Source: a virus
Taxonomy: Duplodnaviria; Caudoviricetes
Virus record (IMG/VR): IMGVR_UViG_2643221933_000001
Coordinates: 1 to 64,000 of that record
Strand: one strand, 5' to 3'
DNA: 64,000 nt
Shown here: positions 35,514 through 44,391 of the stretch, piece by piece
Layout of the letters: every line of letters begins with the position of its first letter
Numbering within the stretch: the stretch's first letter is position 1
Notes under the pieces: generated by a model
What the model was told of the DNA's origin: nothing
The model's database searches: none
Seen by the model: only the letters and a program-made list of their open reading frames with translations
Program-made: the position numbers and the translations under genes

Positions 35514-35802
35514 CGCCCGGGGTGACCGCACCCTGCATTTCAAGAACCTGAACCGGTACCAGACAGACGGCTACCCCGCCGCCCAGATGGACGGCAAGTT
35601 CTGGGAGATCGACGAGGCGATCTACGACGAGTTCCTCGAAATGCTCCCTCCCCGCTACTGCACCGGCGGCTTCCGCATGATCGAGGAGCTGACCGACAAC
35701 CTGGCGGCGACGTTCCAGAAGGTCGGGGGCCGCTACTGGTGCTCCTACGTCGTGCCGCAGGACGTCACCCGGATCTACAACCACATCTCGAGGCTACCAT
35801 GA
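35497..35802 (+). CDS. DUF1419-like protein
   Basis: WEIDE..YD.FLEMLPP motif. Confidence 0.6.
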   Translation: MHQLPSARGDRTLHFKNLNRYQTDGYPAAQMDGKFWEIDEAIYDEFLEMLPPRYCTGGFRMIEELTDNLAATFQKVGGRYWCSYVVPQDVTRIYNHISRLP

Positions 35803-36065
35803 AACTCAGCTTCAACACCGGCCGGCTCTACACGACCCTCGGCCAGGTCATCACCGTGCTCACCCTGCCGAAGGAGGAGATGACCATGTTCATGGACCAC
35901 AGCCGCGGGATCGGCGGGATCATCAAGGGCATGCCTGACCCTGACGGTGGGCCCGAGCACGTCGCCCGCTGGGTGATGGGCTTCTATGACCACGGCAAGT
36001 ACGCGGCCGATCAGGATGCCATGAACCTCGGTCGCCTCGACACGATCCACAACGTGAGGATCTGA
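35799..36065 (+). CDS. Hypothetical protein
   Basis: MKLSFNTGRLYT..GQ.I; ATGA overlap. Confidence 0.65.
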   Translation: MKLSFNTGRLYTTLGQVITVLTLPKEEMTMFMDHSRGIGGIIKGMPDPDGGPEHVARWVMGFYDHGKYAADQDAMNLGRLDTIHNVRI

Positions 36066-36119
36066 TGGACAAGACCCTCGACCCTGACTTCGACGACGTC
36101 GATCTGGACCAGCTGCTGC

Positions 36120-36443
36120 GTGAATATCGCAAGTGACGGCTCGGTCTTCGGCACTCCGGACCCTGCCCTGATCGCCCAGACCCATGAGCGCCAGACGCTC
36201 TTCAACACCAAGATGATCGCGTACCGGATGAAGAACGGCCGGCCCGAGATCAGCATCCACTTCCGGACCAAGACCCACATGCCGACCGTCTACATGACCG
36301 CCGGCATGTTCCCCGACCTCGTCAACATCGAGGTCATGACGCGGCACTTCGTGATCGTGTCCATCCCTTACCGCAGCGACGAAGACGTCGAGCGGATGCG
36401 CCGGCACTTCACTGATGTCTGGCAGATGACCCACTTCAACTAA
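36120..36443 (+). CDS. Hypothetical protein
   Basis: 107-aa ORF with phage-like codon bias. Confidence 0.55.
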   Translation: MNIASDGSVFGTPDPALIAQTHERQTLFNTKMIAYRMKNGRPEISIHFRTKTHMPTVYMTAGMFPDLVNIEVMTRHFVIVSIPYRSDEDVERMRRHFTDVWQMTHFN

Positions 36444-36458
36444 ATTAGAGGATGACCC

Positions 36459-37982
36459 ATGGTCGTTGCAACCGTCACCCAGACGGGCGGCTTCGTGCTG
36501 CCTGAAGGTATCATGCGTGTGTCCGACATCATGTCGTACACGGCGCCAGCCAAGGGGCTGGACGAATGTGAACCCACCGCGATCGAGTATCGCGTGTTCC
36601 ACTTTCTCGTGCTGACGAGCGAGGGCCGGGTAATTGCCGACCGGACCCATAACTTCGGGCTCAAGGAAGTTGAGGAGCTGAACGCTCCCTTCTGCCAGCA
36701 CATCCATGTGTATCGCGACGGCGCCGACCCTTACGCCTTCTACCACACTGAGGTGGTCCGGTCGATCGAGCTGAACCCGTGGATGCACCACACCTGGTTC
36801 AAGGACAACTTCCTGCGCTGGGCCGAGATGCTCCCCCGCCCGTCCGACACGATACCCGGGCGGATCTCCTACTATCAGACCCCGGAGAAGCGGGCCCGCG
36901 ACATCCGGACCCCGATCAAGCCTGGCCGGTGGCTGACGAAATACTTCTCGGACATCCTGACCGAGGTCCAGATCCACGAGCTGGCGCTTGAGTGGTCGAA
37001 TGCTTGCAATCTGCAAGCTTTCAAGTTGACGCAGGATGCTGACGAGATCGAGCGGATCTACCGGCACGGACCCAACTCGTGCATGACCTTCACGAACGGT
37101 GGCTACCGCGGCTCATGCCATCCGGCCCGCGTCTACGCCGGACCCGATCTCGGCGTGGCCTATTTGGGCGAGACCACCAAGGCAACGGCCCGGGCCGTCG
37201 TCTGGCCCGCAAAGAAGCTCTTCGGCCGCATCTACGGTGATGAGTCCAGACTACAGGCGGCGCTCATCGCCGGCGGCTACCAACATGCATCCACCGACGA
37301 CTTCGATGGAGCCCGCTTGCAGCGCATCCGCCACGGTTATGGCGATTATGTGTTGCCGTACCTCGACGTCACCTGCGGAGCCGACGATGATGGCCAATAC
37401 ATCGTGTTGGGCAGCGGTCACCTGAACTGCGAGTCCACGTCCGGAACCACGGACAACGAGCCCGAGTACAGCTGTGACTCCTGCGGCGACGGCATGGACG
37501 ACGACGATCGGAACTACATCGGCTCGACCGAAGAAGACGTCTGCAATCACTGCTGCAGCCTTCATTACTCGTTCTGCGATGGTAATCAGGAGTATTACCG
37601 CAATCGAGAGATGCGCGAGACTGCGGACGGCACGTCCTATTCGAAGGAATATCTGCAGGAGTCCAGTAAGTTCTTCTTCTGCGAGGCTACCGACAAGTAT
37701 TACTCATATGAGGATGATGAGCGCGTATCCCTCTATGAGGGTCTCGACGTTGCTCGCAGCTACCTCGACAGCCAGGATGGCTTCTTCTGCGAGCACTATG
37801 AGGAATGGAGCCTCGAGACGGACAAGGAGGTCAAGCTGACCAACGGCAAGTCCGTCCACATGGGCACTTTCCGCGGCGAGGACGACTTCAAGAAATACCT
37901 CGCTGAAAACGAGGTGTCCGTCCTCGACCCCGTCGACCCCAACCAACTCACCCTCCCCCTCCCCCTCTCCGAGGCTGCATAA
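36459..37982 (+). CDS. Hypothetical protein with Cys-rich C-terminal repeats
   Basis: IKPGR.L, NSCM, ARAVVW, GRIYG, PYLD motifs; CxxC clusters. Confidence 0.75.
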   Translation: MVVATVTQTGGFVLPEGIMRVSDIMSYTAPAKGLDECEPTAIEYRVFHFLVLTSEGRVIADRTHNFGLKEVEELNAPFCQHIHVYRDGADPYAFYHTEVVRSIELNPWMHHTWFKDNFLRWAEMLPRPSDTIPGRISYYQTPEKRARDIRTPIKPGRWLTKYFSDILTEVQIHELALEWSNACNLQAFKLTQDADEIERIYRHGPNSCMTFTNGGYRGSCHPARVYAGPDLGVAYLGETTKATARAVVWPAKKLFGRIYGDESRLQAALIAGGYQHASTDDFDGARLQRIRHGYGDYVLPYLDVTCGADDDGQYIVLGSGHLNCESTSGTTDNEPEYSCDSCGDGMDDDDRNYIGSTEEDVCNHCCSLHYSFCDGNQEYYRNREMRETADGTSYSKEYLQESSKFFFCEATDKYYSYEDDERVSLYEGLDVARSYLDSQDGFFCEHYEEWSLETDKEVKLTNGKSVHMGTFRGEDDFKKYLAENEVSVLDPVDPNQLTLPLPLSEAA

Positions 37983-38878
37983 TGACCCAGAAGTTCATCT
38001 CCGAAATCATGGACCTGTTCTCCTACTGCCGCCCGATGGGCAGCGACACGGAGCGCGAGTTCGTCAACAAGTTCCTCCTGCCGCGGGGGTTCGAACAAGA
38101 CCGCTACGGCAACATGGTGCTGACGATCGGCAACAACCCGCGGATCCTCTTCTCCAGCCACATGGACACCGTCCACAAGCAGGAAGGGCGACAGGTCGTC
38201 CAGCTGAAGGATGGCATCCTCACCCAGACGAGCGGCAGCAGCTGCCTGGGCGCCGATGACACAGCCGGCATCTGGCTGATGCTCCAGATGGTCGCCGCCG
38301 GGATCGAGGGCGTCTACGTCATCCACTACGGCGAGGAGTGCGGCGGCGTGGGATCGGGCGATCTCGCTCGGAAGAACCCCGAGTTCTTCAAGGCCATCGA
38401 CATCGCGATCGCCTTCGACCGCGCCGGCTATGCCGACATCATCACCCACCAGATGGGTGGCCGGACAGCTTCGACCGCCTTCGCAACGTCTCTCGCGAAA
38501 GAGCTGGGTGGCAGTTACAAGCCCTGCGCCAACGGCATCTACACCGACACGGCTGAATACGCCCACCTGGTGGCCGAATGCACCAACATCTCGGTCGGCT
38601 ATGCCCGCGCCCATGGACCGGAGGAGCAGCAGGACGTCACCTTCCTGATCGCTCTACGGGAAGCTCTCCTCCAGGTGGACTGGAGCAAGCTGGTTGTCGA
38701 GCGGACCCCACACGCCAAGCAGTCGTCGAACCACCGCGAACGCCGCCCCCAGGCTCTCGGGGATCTCTGCTGGGATTATCCGGAGATCGCAGCGGCAATT
38801 CTCGAAGCGTTCGGCGTGTCGGCTCAGGACTTCGCTGAGGAAGTGGAAAGCCAACATGGCATACGCATCGCAGCTTAG
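37982..38878 (+). CDS. Zinc peptidase (M20/M28-like)
   Basis: SHMDTV, LGADD, GEECG, FDR, YTD, AH metal-binding motifs. Confidence 0.85.
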   Translation: MTQKFISEIMDLFSYCRPMGSDTEREFVNKFLLPRGFEQDRYGNMVLTIGNNPRILFSSHMDTVHKQEGRQVVQLKDGILTQTSGSSCLGADDTAGIWLMLQMVAAGIEGVYVIHYGEECGGVGSGDLARKNPEFFKAIDIAIAFDRAGYADIITHQMGGRTASTAFATSLAKELGGSYKPCANGIYTDTAEYAHLVAECTNISVGYARAHGPEEQQDVTFLIALREALLQVDWSKLVVERTPHAKQSSNHRERRPQALGDLCWDYPEIAAAILEAFGVSAQDFAEEVESQHGIRIAA

Positions 38879-39506
38879 CGTCAACAAGCACGGCGTCATC
38901 AAGATCGGCGCCACCGTCACTCGTGAGGAGGATCTCGATCCCCTCACCTCCGTCAAGGTCTGGTCCGTGACCGACCTGCAATTCAACTTTTGGCAGCACA
39001 CCATCTGGCTTGTGGGCGACCTCATTCACGTCCTGCGAGCCGAGGGCAACCAAACCCGACACCACTGGTCCGAAAGGGCTTTACTTGAAGGATACTGCGC
39101 GATGAACGCAAAGAACCTGATGCAGCTTGCTGATTACTTGAAGGGTGTCGAGCCTGCTGCATTCGACATGAGTTGGTACACCCGGGATGAGCACGGCGAT
39201 CGGCTTGAGCTCGGAGCGCATGAGTGCGGCACGGTAGCTTGCGCCGCCGGCTACGGACCCGCCGCTGGTATCGAAGTGCTCCCGGAAGACAAGTTCTGGG
39301 GGGACTACGTCCGCAGGGCCTTCGCGATCCAAGCATATGACCCGGCCTTCGAATGGTGCTTCAGCGCAGCATGGTGCCTCGTCGACAACACACCGGCCGG
39401 CGCCGCCAAGCGCATCGAGCACATGCTCGAGCATGGCATCCCCGAAAACTGGAAGGCGCAGATGTACGGCTGGGAGCCCTACCTTTTTGCAATGGAGACA
39501 GCATGA
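38856..39506 (+). CDS. Hypothetical protein (possible second start at 39102)
   Basis: FDMSW...ECGTVACAAG motif in the C-terminal part; RBS before MNAKNL. Confidence 0.6.
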   Translation: MAYASQLSVNKHGVIKIGATVTREEDLDPLTSVKVWSVTDLQFNFWQHTIWLVGDLIHVLRAEGNQTRHHWSERALLEGYCAMNAKNLMQLADYLKGVEPAAFDMSWYTRDEHGDRLELGAHECGTVACAAGYGPAAGIEVLPEDKFWGDYVRRAFAIQAYDPAFEWCFSAAWCLVDNTPAGAAKRIEHMLEHGIPENWKAQMYGWEPYLFAMETA

Positions 39507-39715
39507 CCGACAAATTCGTCATCCTCAGTCGCGACGGCTGCGAATACTGCGAGGCCGCTCAGGCGCTGCTGCCTAACGCCGTGATCCTGAAGGACGAGAC
39601 GGCCCGCACCATCGTCAAGGAGGGCGGCTTCGGCACCTTCCCCCAGATCTTCCACAGGGGAAAGCACATTGGCGGCTTCAACGAGCTCCTCGAATACCGG
39701 CCTGACGCATCCTAA
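39503..39715 (+). CDS. Glutaredoxin
   Basis: CEYC, TFPQIF, HIGGF. Confidence 0.9.
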   Translation: MTDKFVILSRDGCEYCEAAQALLPNAVILKDETARTIVKEGGFGTFPQIFHRGKHIGGFNELLEYRPDAS

Positions 39716-39748
39716 TGCGTCACCACTGACGCACGTCAACGCACGTTA
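39715..39748. repeat. Centromere-like repeat block 1
   Basis: ATGCGTCACCACTGACGCACGTCAACGCACGTTA. Confidence 0.8.
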
Positions 39749-39761
39749 AGGGGAGAGCGTC

Positions 39762-39962
39762 ATGTATCGATATCGTGTCGATGCCTTCCGTTCGGACAGG
39801 ACCAAGGTCGTTCGCGAGGAAGAAATTAGCGGAGTTCAACTCTACCACCATACCGGCAGAGTAGGTCACACAGCGTTCCTAGAGCTGGTAAACAGCTGGA
39901 ACCGCAATGGTTTGAGGGGAGTGCCCAACGGGGGCCCGATCTACGTCTACACGGCATTATGA
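39762..39962 (+). CDS. Hypothetical protein flanked by the repeat blocks
   Basis: 66 aa; GGGGAG RBS. Confidence 0.65.
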   Translation: MYRYRVDAFRSDRTKVVREEEISGVQLYHHTGRVGHTAFLELVNSWNRNGLRGVPNGGPIYVYTAL

Positions 39963-39995
39963 TGCGTCAACATTGACGCACGTCAACGCACGTTA
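39962..39995. repeat. Centromere-like repeat block 2
   Basis: ATGCGTCAACATTGACGCACGTCAACGCACGTTA (2 mismatches to block 1). Confidence 0.8.
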
Positions 39996-40071
39996 GTTGT
40001 GCCGCAGCAGGATGCGTGTTAACGCTTCGGAAAGCACCCTGATGCATCCTGCTGCGTCAAAGGAGACCATC

Positions 40072-40746
40072 ATGCCTGTAATCGCTGTTGCAAACCCGAA
40101 GGGCGGGGCCGGGAAGTCGACAACGACCCTCGTCCTCGCAACCACCTTGGCCAACCAAGGTGCAAGCGTCACAATCCTAGACTGCGATCGCAATCAGCCA
40201 ATCGCCGGCTGGAGGGGAGGGGGGTCGAAGAACCCTGTGCTCGTTGACAGTGCGGTGGATGAGGAGAGCTTCCGTGAGAAGCTGGAGCATCACCGGCGCG
40301 AGCGGCAGTTCGTTTTCGTCGACCTTGAGGGAACGGCGAGCCGATTGATGTCGCGAGCGCTCTTCCGTGCCCACCTTGTGATCATTCCGATCCAGGCCAG
40401 CCCGACCGACGCTGAGCTGGCAGCGAAAGCCATCCACCTGATCCATGACGAGGGCCAGTCCTTCGACAAGGAGATCCCATACCGGGTGCTGTTCACTCGG
40501 ACCTCGCCGGCAATCGCGACGAAGCTCGAGCGAGCGATCCTTGCGCAGCTGAAGAGCGGCGATGTCCCGCAGTTCCGAAACCACCTCAATGAGCGGGCAG
40601 CTTTCAAAAGCATGTTCTACCATCAGCTCGATCTCCATGAGCTTGACCCGGCTGAGGTGAACGGCCTTCCGCAGGCGAAAGAGAACGCTCTGCGGTTGAC
40701 GGAGGAGCTCATCGAGCTTGTGATCCCGAAGGAGAAAGCAGCATGA
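40072..40746 (+). CDS. parA: ParA partition ATPase (short, type Ib-like)
   Basis: KGGAGKST deviant Walker A, LDCD, FVDLEG, IIPIQ; AAGGAG RBS. Confidence 0.93.
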   Translation: MPVIAVANPKGGAGKSTTTLVLATTLANQGASVTILDCDRNQPIAGWRGGGSKNPVLVDSAVDEESFREKLEHHRRERQFVFVDLEGTASRLMSRALFRAHLVIIPIQASPTDAELAAKAIHLIHDEGQSFDKEIPYRVLFTRTSPAIATKLERAILAQLKSGDVPQFRNHLNERAAFKSMFYHQLDLHELDPAEVNGLPQAKENALRLTEELIELVIPKEKAA

Positions 40747-41033
40747 ACGGCAAGAACCTGGGCTTCGGCCGGCTGGCCGAGATCAAACCGGACATCGAGC
40801 CGGATGAGGAGAGGGTGCCCGATCACAAGATCGACGAGGTCGCGGCTCGCCACGGCTTCGTGTCCCGCGAGCCGGTCCAGAAGCTTTCTCGGCGCAAGGA
40901 AACAGAGCCCTCAGCCAACCTAAACATCCGCCCACCTATTTCAACTTATAATCGCTTTGTTCAATTTGCCATGGACAACCGATTGTCGTATCCCGAGGCA
41001 CTGAAAGAGTTGATGGATAGAGCAAAGCTCTGA
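40743..41033 (+). CDS. Partition adaptor/stability determinant with a C-terminal RHH
   Basis: ATGA-coupled to parA; NLNIR...YNRF..FA.....SY.EALKELM. Confidence 0.78.
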   Translation: MNGKNLGFGRLAEIKPDIEPDEERVPDHKIDEVAARHGFVSREPVQKLSRRKETEPSANLNIRPPISTYNRFVQFAMDNRLSYPEALKELMDRAKL

Positions 41034-41060
41034 TGCGTCAACGTTGACGTGCGTCAACGC
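41033..41060. repeat. Centromere-like repeat block 3
   Basis: ATGCGTCAACGTTGACGTGCGTCAACGC. Confidence 0.75.
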
Positions 41061-41298
41061 GATTTGGAAGGACGACCTTGTGACCGACTACGACCGAGAC
41101 CAGTTGAACGAAGTTCTTAATCTCATTCACAACATCGCTGCTAGCGTAGGAGCGGAAGAAGAAACACCTGATCTTGTTCGCCATGCTCTCAGCGACATCG
41201 TTAGCCTATCTCGCTATAAACGAATGGTTCTCTCAGATGTTCGCCTGAAGGAATATGGTATCGAGAGTGGTGACGTCGGCGGCGGACCGGAAGCTTAA
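41044..41298 (+). CDS. Hypothetical protein (start possibly GTG ~41080)
   Basis: AAGGA before GTG; lower GC. Confidence 0.5.
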   Translation: MTCVNAIWKDDLVTDYDRDQLNEVLNLIHNIAASVGAEEETPDLVRHALSDIVSLSRYKRMVLSDVRLKEYGIESGDVGGGPEA

Positions 41299-41328
41299 TT
41301 AGTCGGCTTGGTCAGTAATGGTGCGTAG

Positions 41329-41994
41329 ATGATCGATCCTGAAACCAATCATGGGATTGACCCTCCGACCAAATCAAAGTTCGACACTGATTTAGAGGAG
41401 TTGGAAGTCGAACTGAAAGAAGCTCTCAAAGTAGCAAAAAAGACTCAGAGCAGCATAGTTTATGCGGAACTAGCGAAGCGCTCTGATGACATATTGAAGA
41501 TAAAAGATAAGCATAAAATGTTTACGGAACTCAATGACTTTTTGAATTACGTTGATGGACGCGAACTCGAGAATAATATAATTTTTGGAGTGACGCTTTT
41601 TACCGTATTCGCTGTTACCCCATTTTTTATGATGGATGCGAGCGATCCTAATTCAGCCGCTGCCAAGTTAATTGCTTCCATCAAATTCAACGACCCATGG
41701 AAATTTTTCGAGGGTAATCCCCTCTATCTCACTGTCATTGGTTTCTTAATTGGGCTGTTACTTTTCTATTTCCGCGGACATAAACCGAAATTGTACGGTG
41801 TGGCCGAAATTGGTGTCGGGATTGCTACCGTTGCTAATGCTGCGGTCTCTATGAATGAAGAAAATGGCACGTTCTTGCAGTTTCTTGCGGGTGTTTATGT
41901 AATCATCCGAGGCCTCGATAATTTCGCAAAAAACCTCGATACCGACCGGAGGATGGGCAGATTGTTTAGTCAAGTCTTCAGGAACCCAAGGTAG
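41329..41994 (+). CDS. AT-rich multi-pass membrane protein (moron)
   Basis: About four hydrophobic segments; YGVAEIGVG and YVIIRGLDN; low GC. Confidence 0.72.
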   Translation: MIDPETNHGIDPPTKSKFDTDLEELEVELKEALKVAKKTQSSIVYAELAKRSDDILKIKDKHKMFTELNDFLNYVDGRELENNIIFGVTLFTVFAVTPFFMMDASDPNSAAAKLIASIKFNDPWKFFEGNPLYLTVIGFLIGLLLFYFRGHKPKLYGVAEIGVGIATVANAAVSMNEENGTFLQFLAGVYVIIRGLDNFAKNLDTDRRMGRLFSQVFRNPR

Positions 41995-42273
41995 CTATAC
42001 AGCAACGCTTTTTTGCAGCATCCGGTCCCAGTAGTCCTCGACCTGCTGAGCGGCTAGCGCCGAGGTGGGTAGCCAACCGGAGTTGGGCATGACCACGGTG
42101 CGGTAGCCAATCGGATACCCGCCGGCCCAACGCCACTGGTCTTTCCGCAAGGTCTGCTGATCGAGATAGATGCGCCCGATATTGTGCTCGCCGTCGAACG
42201 CGACATAGTCCTCGACAGGTTTACCCTGCCGGTCCCGATCGTCGGGCCAGGTTCGTGCCCAACGATACTTCAT
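41995..42273 (-). CDS. Hypothetical Trp-rich protein (SOS operon, gene 2)
   Basis: MKYRWARTWP...IGRI...W.W...A...VED.W; ATGA overlap with the upstream gene. Confidence 0.7.
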   Translation of the reverse strand: MKYRWARTWPDDRDRQGKPVEDYVAFDGEHNIGRIYLDQQTLRKDQWRWAGGYPIGYRTVVMPNSGWLPTSALAAQQVEDYWDRMLQKSVAV

Positions 42274-42557
42274 CGGGGCAGCTGGCCGAGGATCCACTTG
42301 TTACCGGCACGATTACCGCAAGCGATGCAGCGCATCCGAGAGGCGAGGGAACCGCGATAGGTATTGTTGCCCCACTTGCGGGCTACATCCCAGCGGACAA
42401 GCCACGCTTCCCGCTCGCACTTCGAACAGTGGCCACCAAGTGTGTGCCACTCAGGAATGTCGGCAAAGGTTGTCCGGTCAGGGTCCAACAATGGTCCCAG
42501 ATATTTGATCTGGTCCCCGGCCGCTCGGCCGAGGTCTATGCCGCGCCGGTGTTTCAT
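42270..42557 (-). CDS. Small zinc-ribbon protein (SOS operon, gene 1)
   Basis: MKHRRGIDL...CSKC...RMRCIACGNR; LexA box adjacent to the ATG. Confidence 0.72.
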   Translation of the reverse strand: MKHRRGIDLGRAAGDQIKYLGPLLDPDRTTFADIPEWHTLGGHCSKCEREAWLVRWDVARKWGNNTYRGSLASRMRCIACGNRAGNKWILGQLPR

Positions 42558-42558
42558 C

Positions 42559-42573
42559 GTTCTCTTTTCGTTC
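42559..42573 (-). promoter_or_regulatory. Alphaproteobacterial LexA (SOS) box
   Basis: GTTC-TCTTTTC-GTTC; TTGACT -35 just upstream on the minus strand. Confidence 0.8.
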
Positions 42574-42654
42574 ACGTTCGGGGCGGAGTCAAGACCTGGG
42601 CGCGGAACAATCATCAGCGGGTCATGTTCCTTCGCACCAACAGGGAGAAAGACA

Positions 42655-42908
42655 TGACCAACGGACCAAGCAGCGGCATCAATGAAGCCGACCGGGCACT
42701 CGAATGCCAAGAGAAACTCGACGAGCCCGTCATGCGCCTTATCGATGACGCAGTGCTGGCCGGCTGGAGCACACCCGAGGTGTTCGATGCCTTGGAAGAG
42801 GTGATCCGGAACCGGCGCCTGTCTTACGCAGAAGATCCCGATCCAGCGGACGCTCCATCGGAGATTTCGATGGTGTCCGACCTCGACGGCGCCACAGCGA
42901 ACCTTTAA
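42655..42908 (+). CDS. Hypothetical protein
   Basis: GGGAG RBS; MTNGPSS...DRALECQE...A..AGW...E...Y.EDPDPA. Confidence 0.65.
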
Positions 42909-43014
42909 AAACCACGACTTCACAGCGAAAGCAGACGCGCACTGCCAGGCGCATCGGGGAGGATTGGCCACCCCGACCAGGCGAAGGCCTCGCTGTTGAA
43001 CTGGAGTTGACGCT

Positions 43015-43104
43015 ATGTGGTTCATACCCATCAGCATCACTCTTAAGATACGAAAAACCCGCACAGGCTGGCAGGCTAGTGTGCGGGTTCAATTCGTAAC
43101 ATAA
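43015..43104 (+). CDS. 29-aa small peptide
   Basis: GGAG RBS; MWFIPISITLKIRKTRTGWQASVRVQFVT; followed by a GNRA hairpin and a terminator. Confidence 0.55.
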   Translation: MWFIPISITLKIRKTRTGWQASVRVQFVT

Positions 43105-43159
43105 GAGCGGGGAGGGGGCGTGAGCCTCCTCCTTGCTCCAGCAATATAATCCTTCCCCC

Positions 43160-43190
43160 AAGCCCTGGCAACCGCCGGGGCTTTTTGTTT
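43160..43190 (+). terminator. Intrinsic terminator
   Basis: AAGCCCTGGC/GCCGGGGCTT stem plus T-tract. Confidence 0.7.
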
Positions 43191-43201
43191 TGGAGCACAG
43201 C

Positions 43202-43630
43202 ATGCTGACCCACAACCAAGCGAGAGTGATCGCTGAAGCGGTCTGGGGCAGGGGAGGGACGCACTCCGAGCCGGTTAACCGGCCGGGAGCGTTCTACTTC
43301 TCCTGCTCTGGCCATGGTGGCTTCGTCATCGACCAGCGAGCCCTGAAGGACGAGGAGCTCCTCGCGATCAGCCCGCATGTCAACTTCGAAGACGCTAGGA
43401 TCTACAGCTGGGGCAAGCGCAAGACGCTCATGCACCCCTACCGGACCACCGGCGCCCGCGTGTCAGCAATGGCCCGCGAGGAGGACTTCAAGTTCTTCCT
43501 CCTGGAAGAGGATTGCGACTGGTGCCTCGCGTACATCTTCACCGGCATCCGCCACAGATACAAACCCGCCAAAGAGGAGGCTGCTCAGCAGACCTTCGAC
43601 CAGTGGATCAAACCAAGGATGACAGCATGA
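43202..43630 (+). CDS. DUF7007-like protein
   Basis: SGHGGF ... EEDCDW motifs; GGAG RBS. Confidence 0.65.
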   Translation: MLTHNQARVIAEAVWGRGGTHSEPVNRPGAFYFSCSGHGGFVIDQRALKDEELLAISPHVNFEDARIYSWGKRKTLMHPYRTTGARVSAMAREEDFKFFLLEEDCDWCLAYIFTGIRHRYKPAKEEAAQQTFDQWIKPRMTA

Positions 43631-43896
43631 GCTTCCAGATGAAGATCGACGAGATGCTCGACGCTCTCTGCAACATGGGCCACCACGAGGCAGCAGCGCT
43701 GACCACCCTCGTCGAAACGACAGCCAACACCCTGTCGGCCGCGCTCTGCAAGAGCCTCCTTATCGAGTGCGACCCGGCGTCCTTCCAGGGTGCGGCATTC
43801 GCCGGAACCTGCGTTCCGTTCTACCCGGCACTCGAGGGGCAGGAGCTGCCCCCCGAGATTGCGCCGTACGATGACAAGGAGGAATGGGGTGAGTAA
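43627..43896 (+). CDS. Hypothetical protein
   Basis: ATGA overlap; MSFQMKIDEMLDAL. Confidence 0.6.
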   Translation: MSFQMKIDEMLDALCNMGHHEAAALTTLVETTANTLSAALCKSLLIECDPASFQGAAFAGTCVPFYPALEGQELPPEIAPYDDKEEWGE

Positions 43897-44155
43897 GATC
43901 TTCCGAACCGACATCCAGATCTGGGCCACCGCCTATGTCCGCGCCGAGACCGAAGAAGAAGCGCTCGTCAAGCTGCGTGAGCTCGGCAACCGCGGCATTG
44001 AGGTGGCAGATACCGACTGGTCCACACCGGACGACGACGTCGAAACGCACATCAGCGGCCGACATTACAGCGACCCGGATCTCCCGGAGCTCAGCCTCTC
44101 GCCGTTTATGACGATCGCGCCGGTCACCGCCGACGCGATGGATGGTGTCGAATGA
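43889..44155 (+). CDS. Hypothetical protein
   Basis: GGAGG RBS and GTG start; YVRAETEEEA motif. Confidence 0.6.
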   Translation: MSKIFRTDIQIWATAYVRAETEEEALVKLRELGNRGIEVADTDWSTPDDDVETHISGRHYSDPDLPELSLSPFMTIAPVTADAMDGVE

Positions 44156-44391
44156 CCTGTCCGAAGTGCGACGACACAGGCCTTGCTGACAGCGGGGGCG
44201 TCTACCCCTGGGGTGAACCGATCACGATCCCCTGCGATTGCCGAGAGCCTGAACCAAAGTGCGAAGCCTGCAACGGCTCAGGCTGCGAGCAGGTCTACAT
44301 GGGCCACGGCAACATCGACGTGATCGATTGCAGCGTCTGCGAGGGGACGGGAGGCGTAACTGATCAGGCCACGTACCGCATCGGGTTCTGA
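44152..44391 (+). CDS. DnaJ-type zinc-finger small protein
   Basis: CxxCxxxG repeats (CPKCDDTG, CEACNGSG, CSVCEGTG). Confidence 0.65.
   Translation: MTCPKCDDTGLADSGGVYPWGEPITIPCDCREPEPKCEACNGSGCEQVYMGHGNIDVIDCSVCEGTGGVTDQATYRIGF

Noticed and set aside
39715-41060. CRISPR array
   Set aside because: Only three imperfect blocks separated by whole genes; no regular spacers or cas genes.
42270-43064. 264-aa minus-strand ORF as one gene
   Set aside because: Only the last 95 codons (from ATG 42557, next to the LexA box) look coding; the rest overlaps plus-strand genes.
43080-43100. tRNA-like GGTTCAATTC motif or att site
   Set aside because: No cloverleaf can be formed; it lies within the small peptide ORF and a local hairpin.
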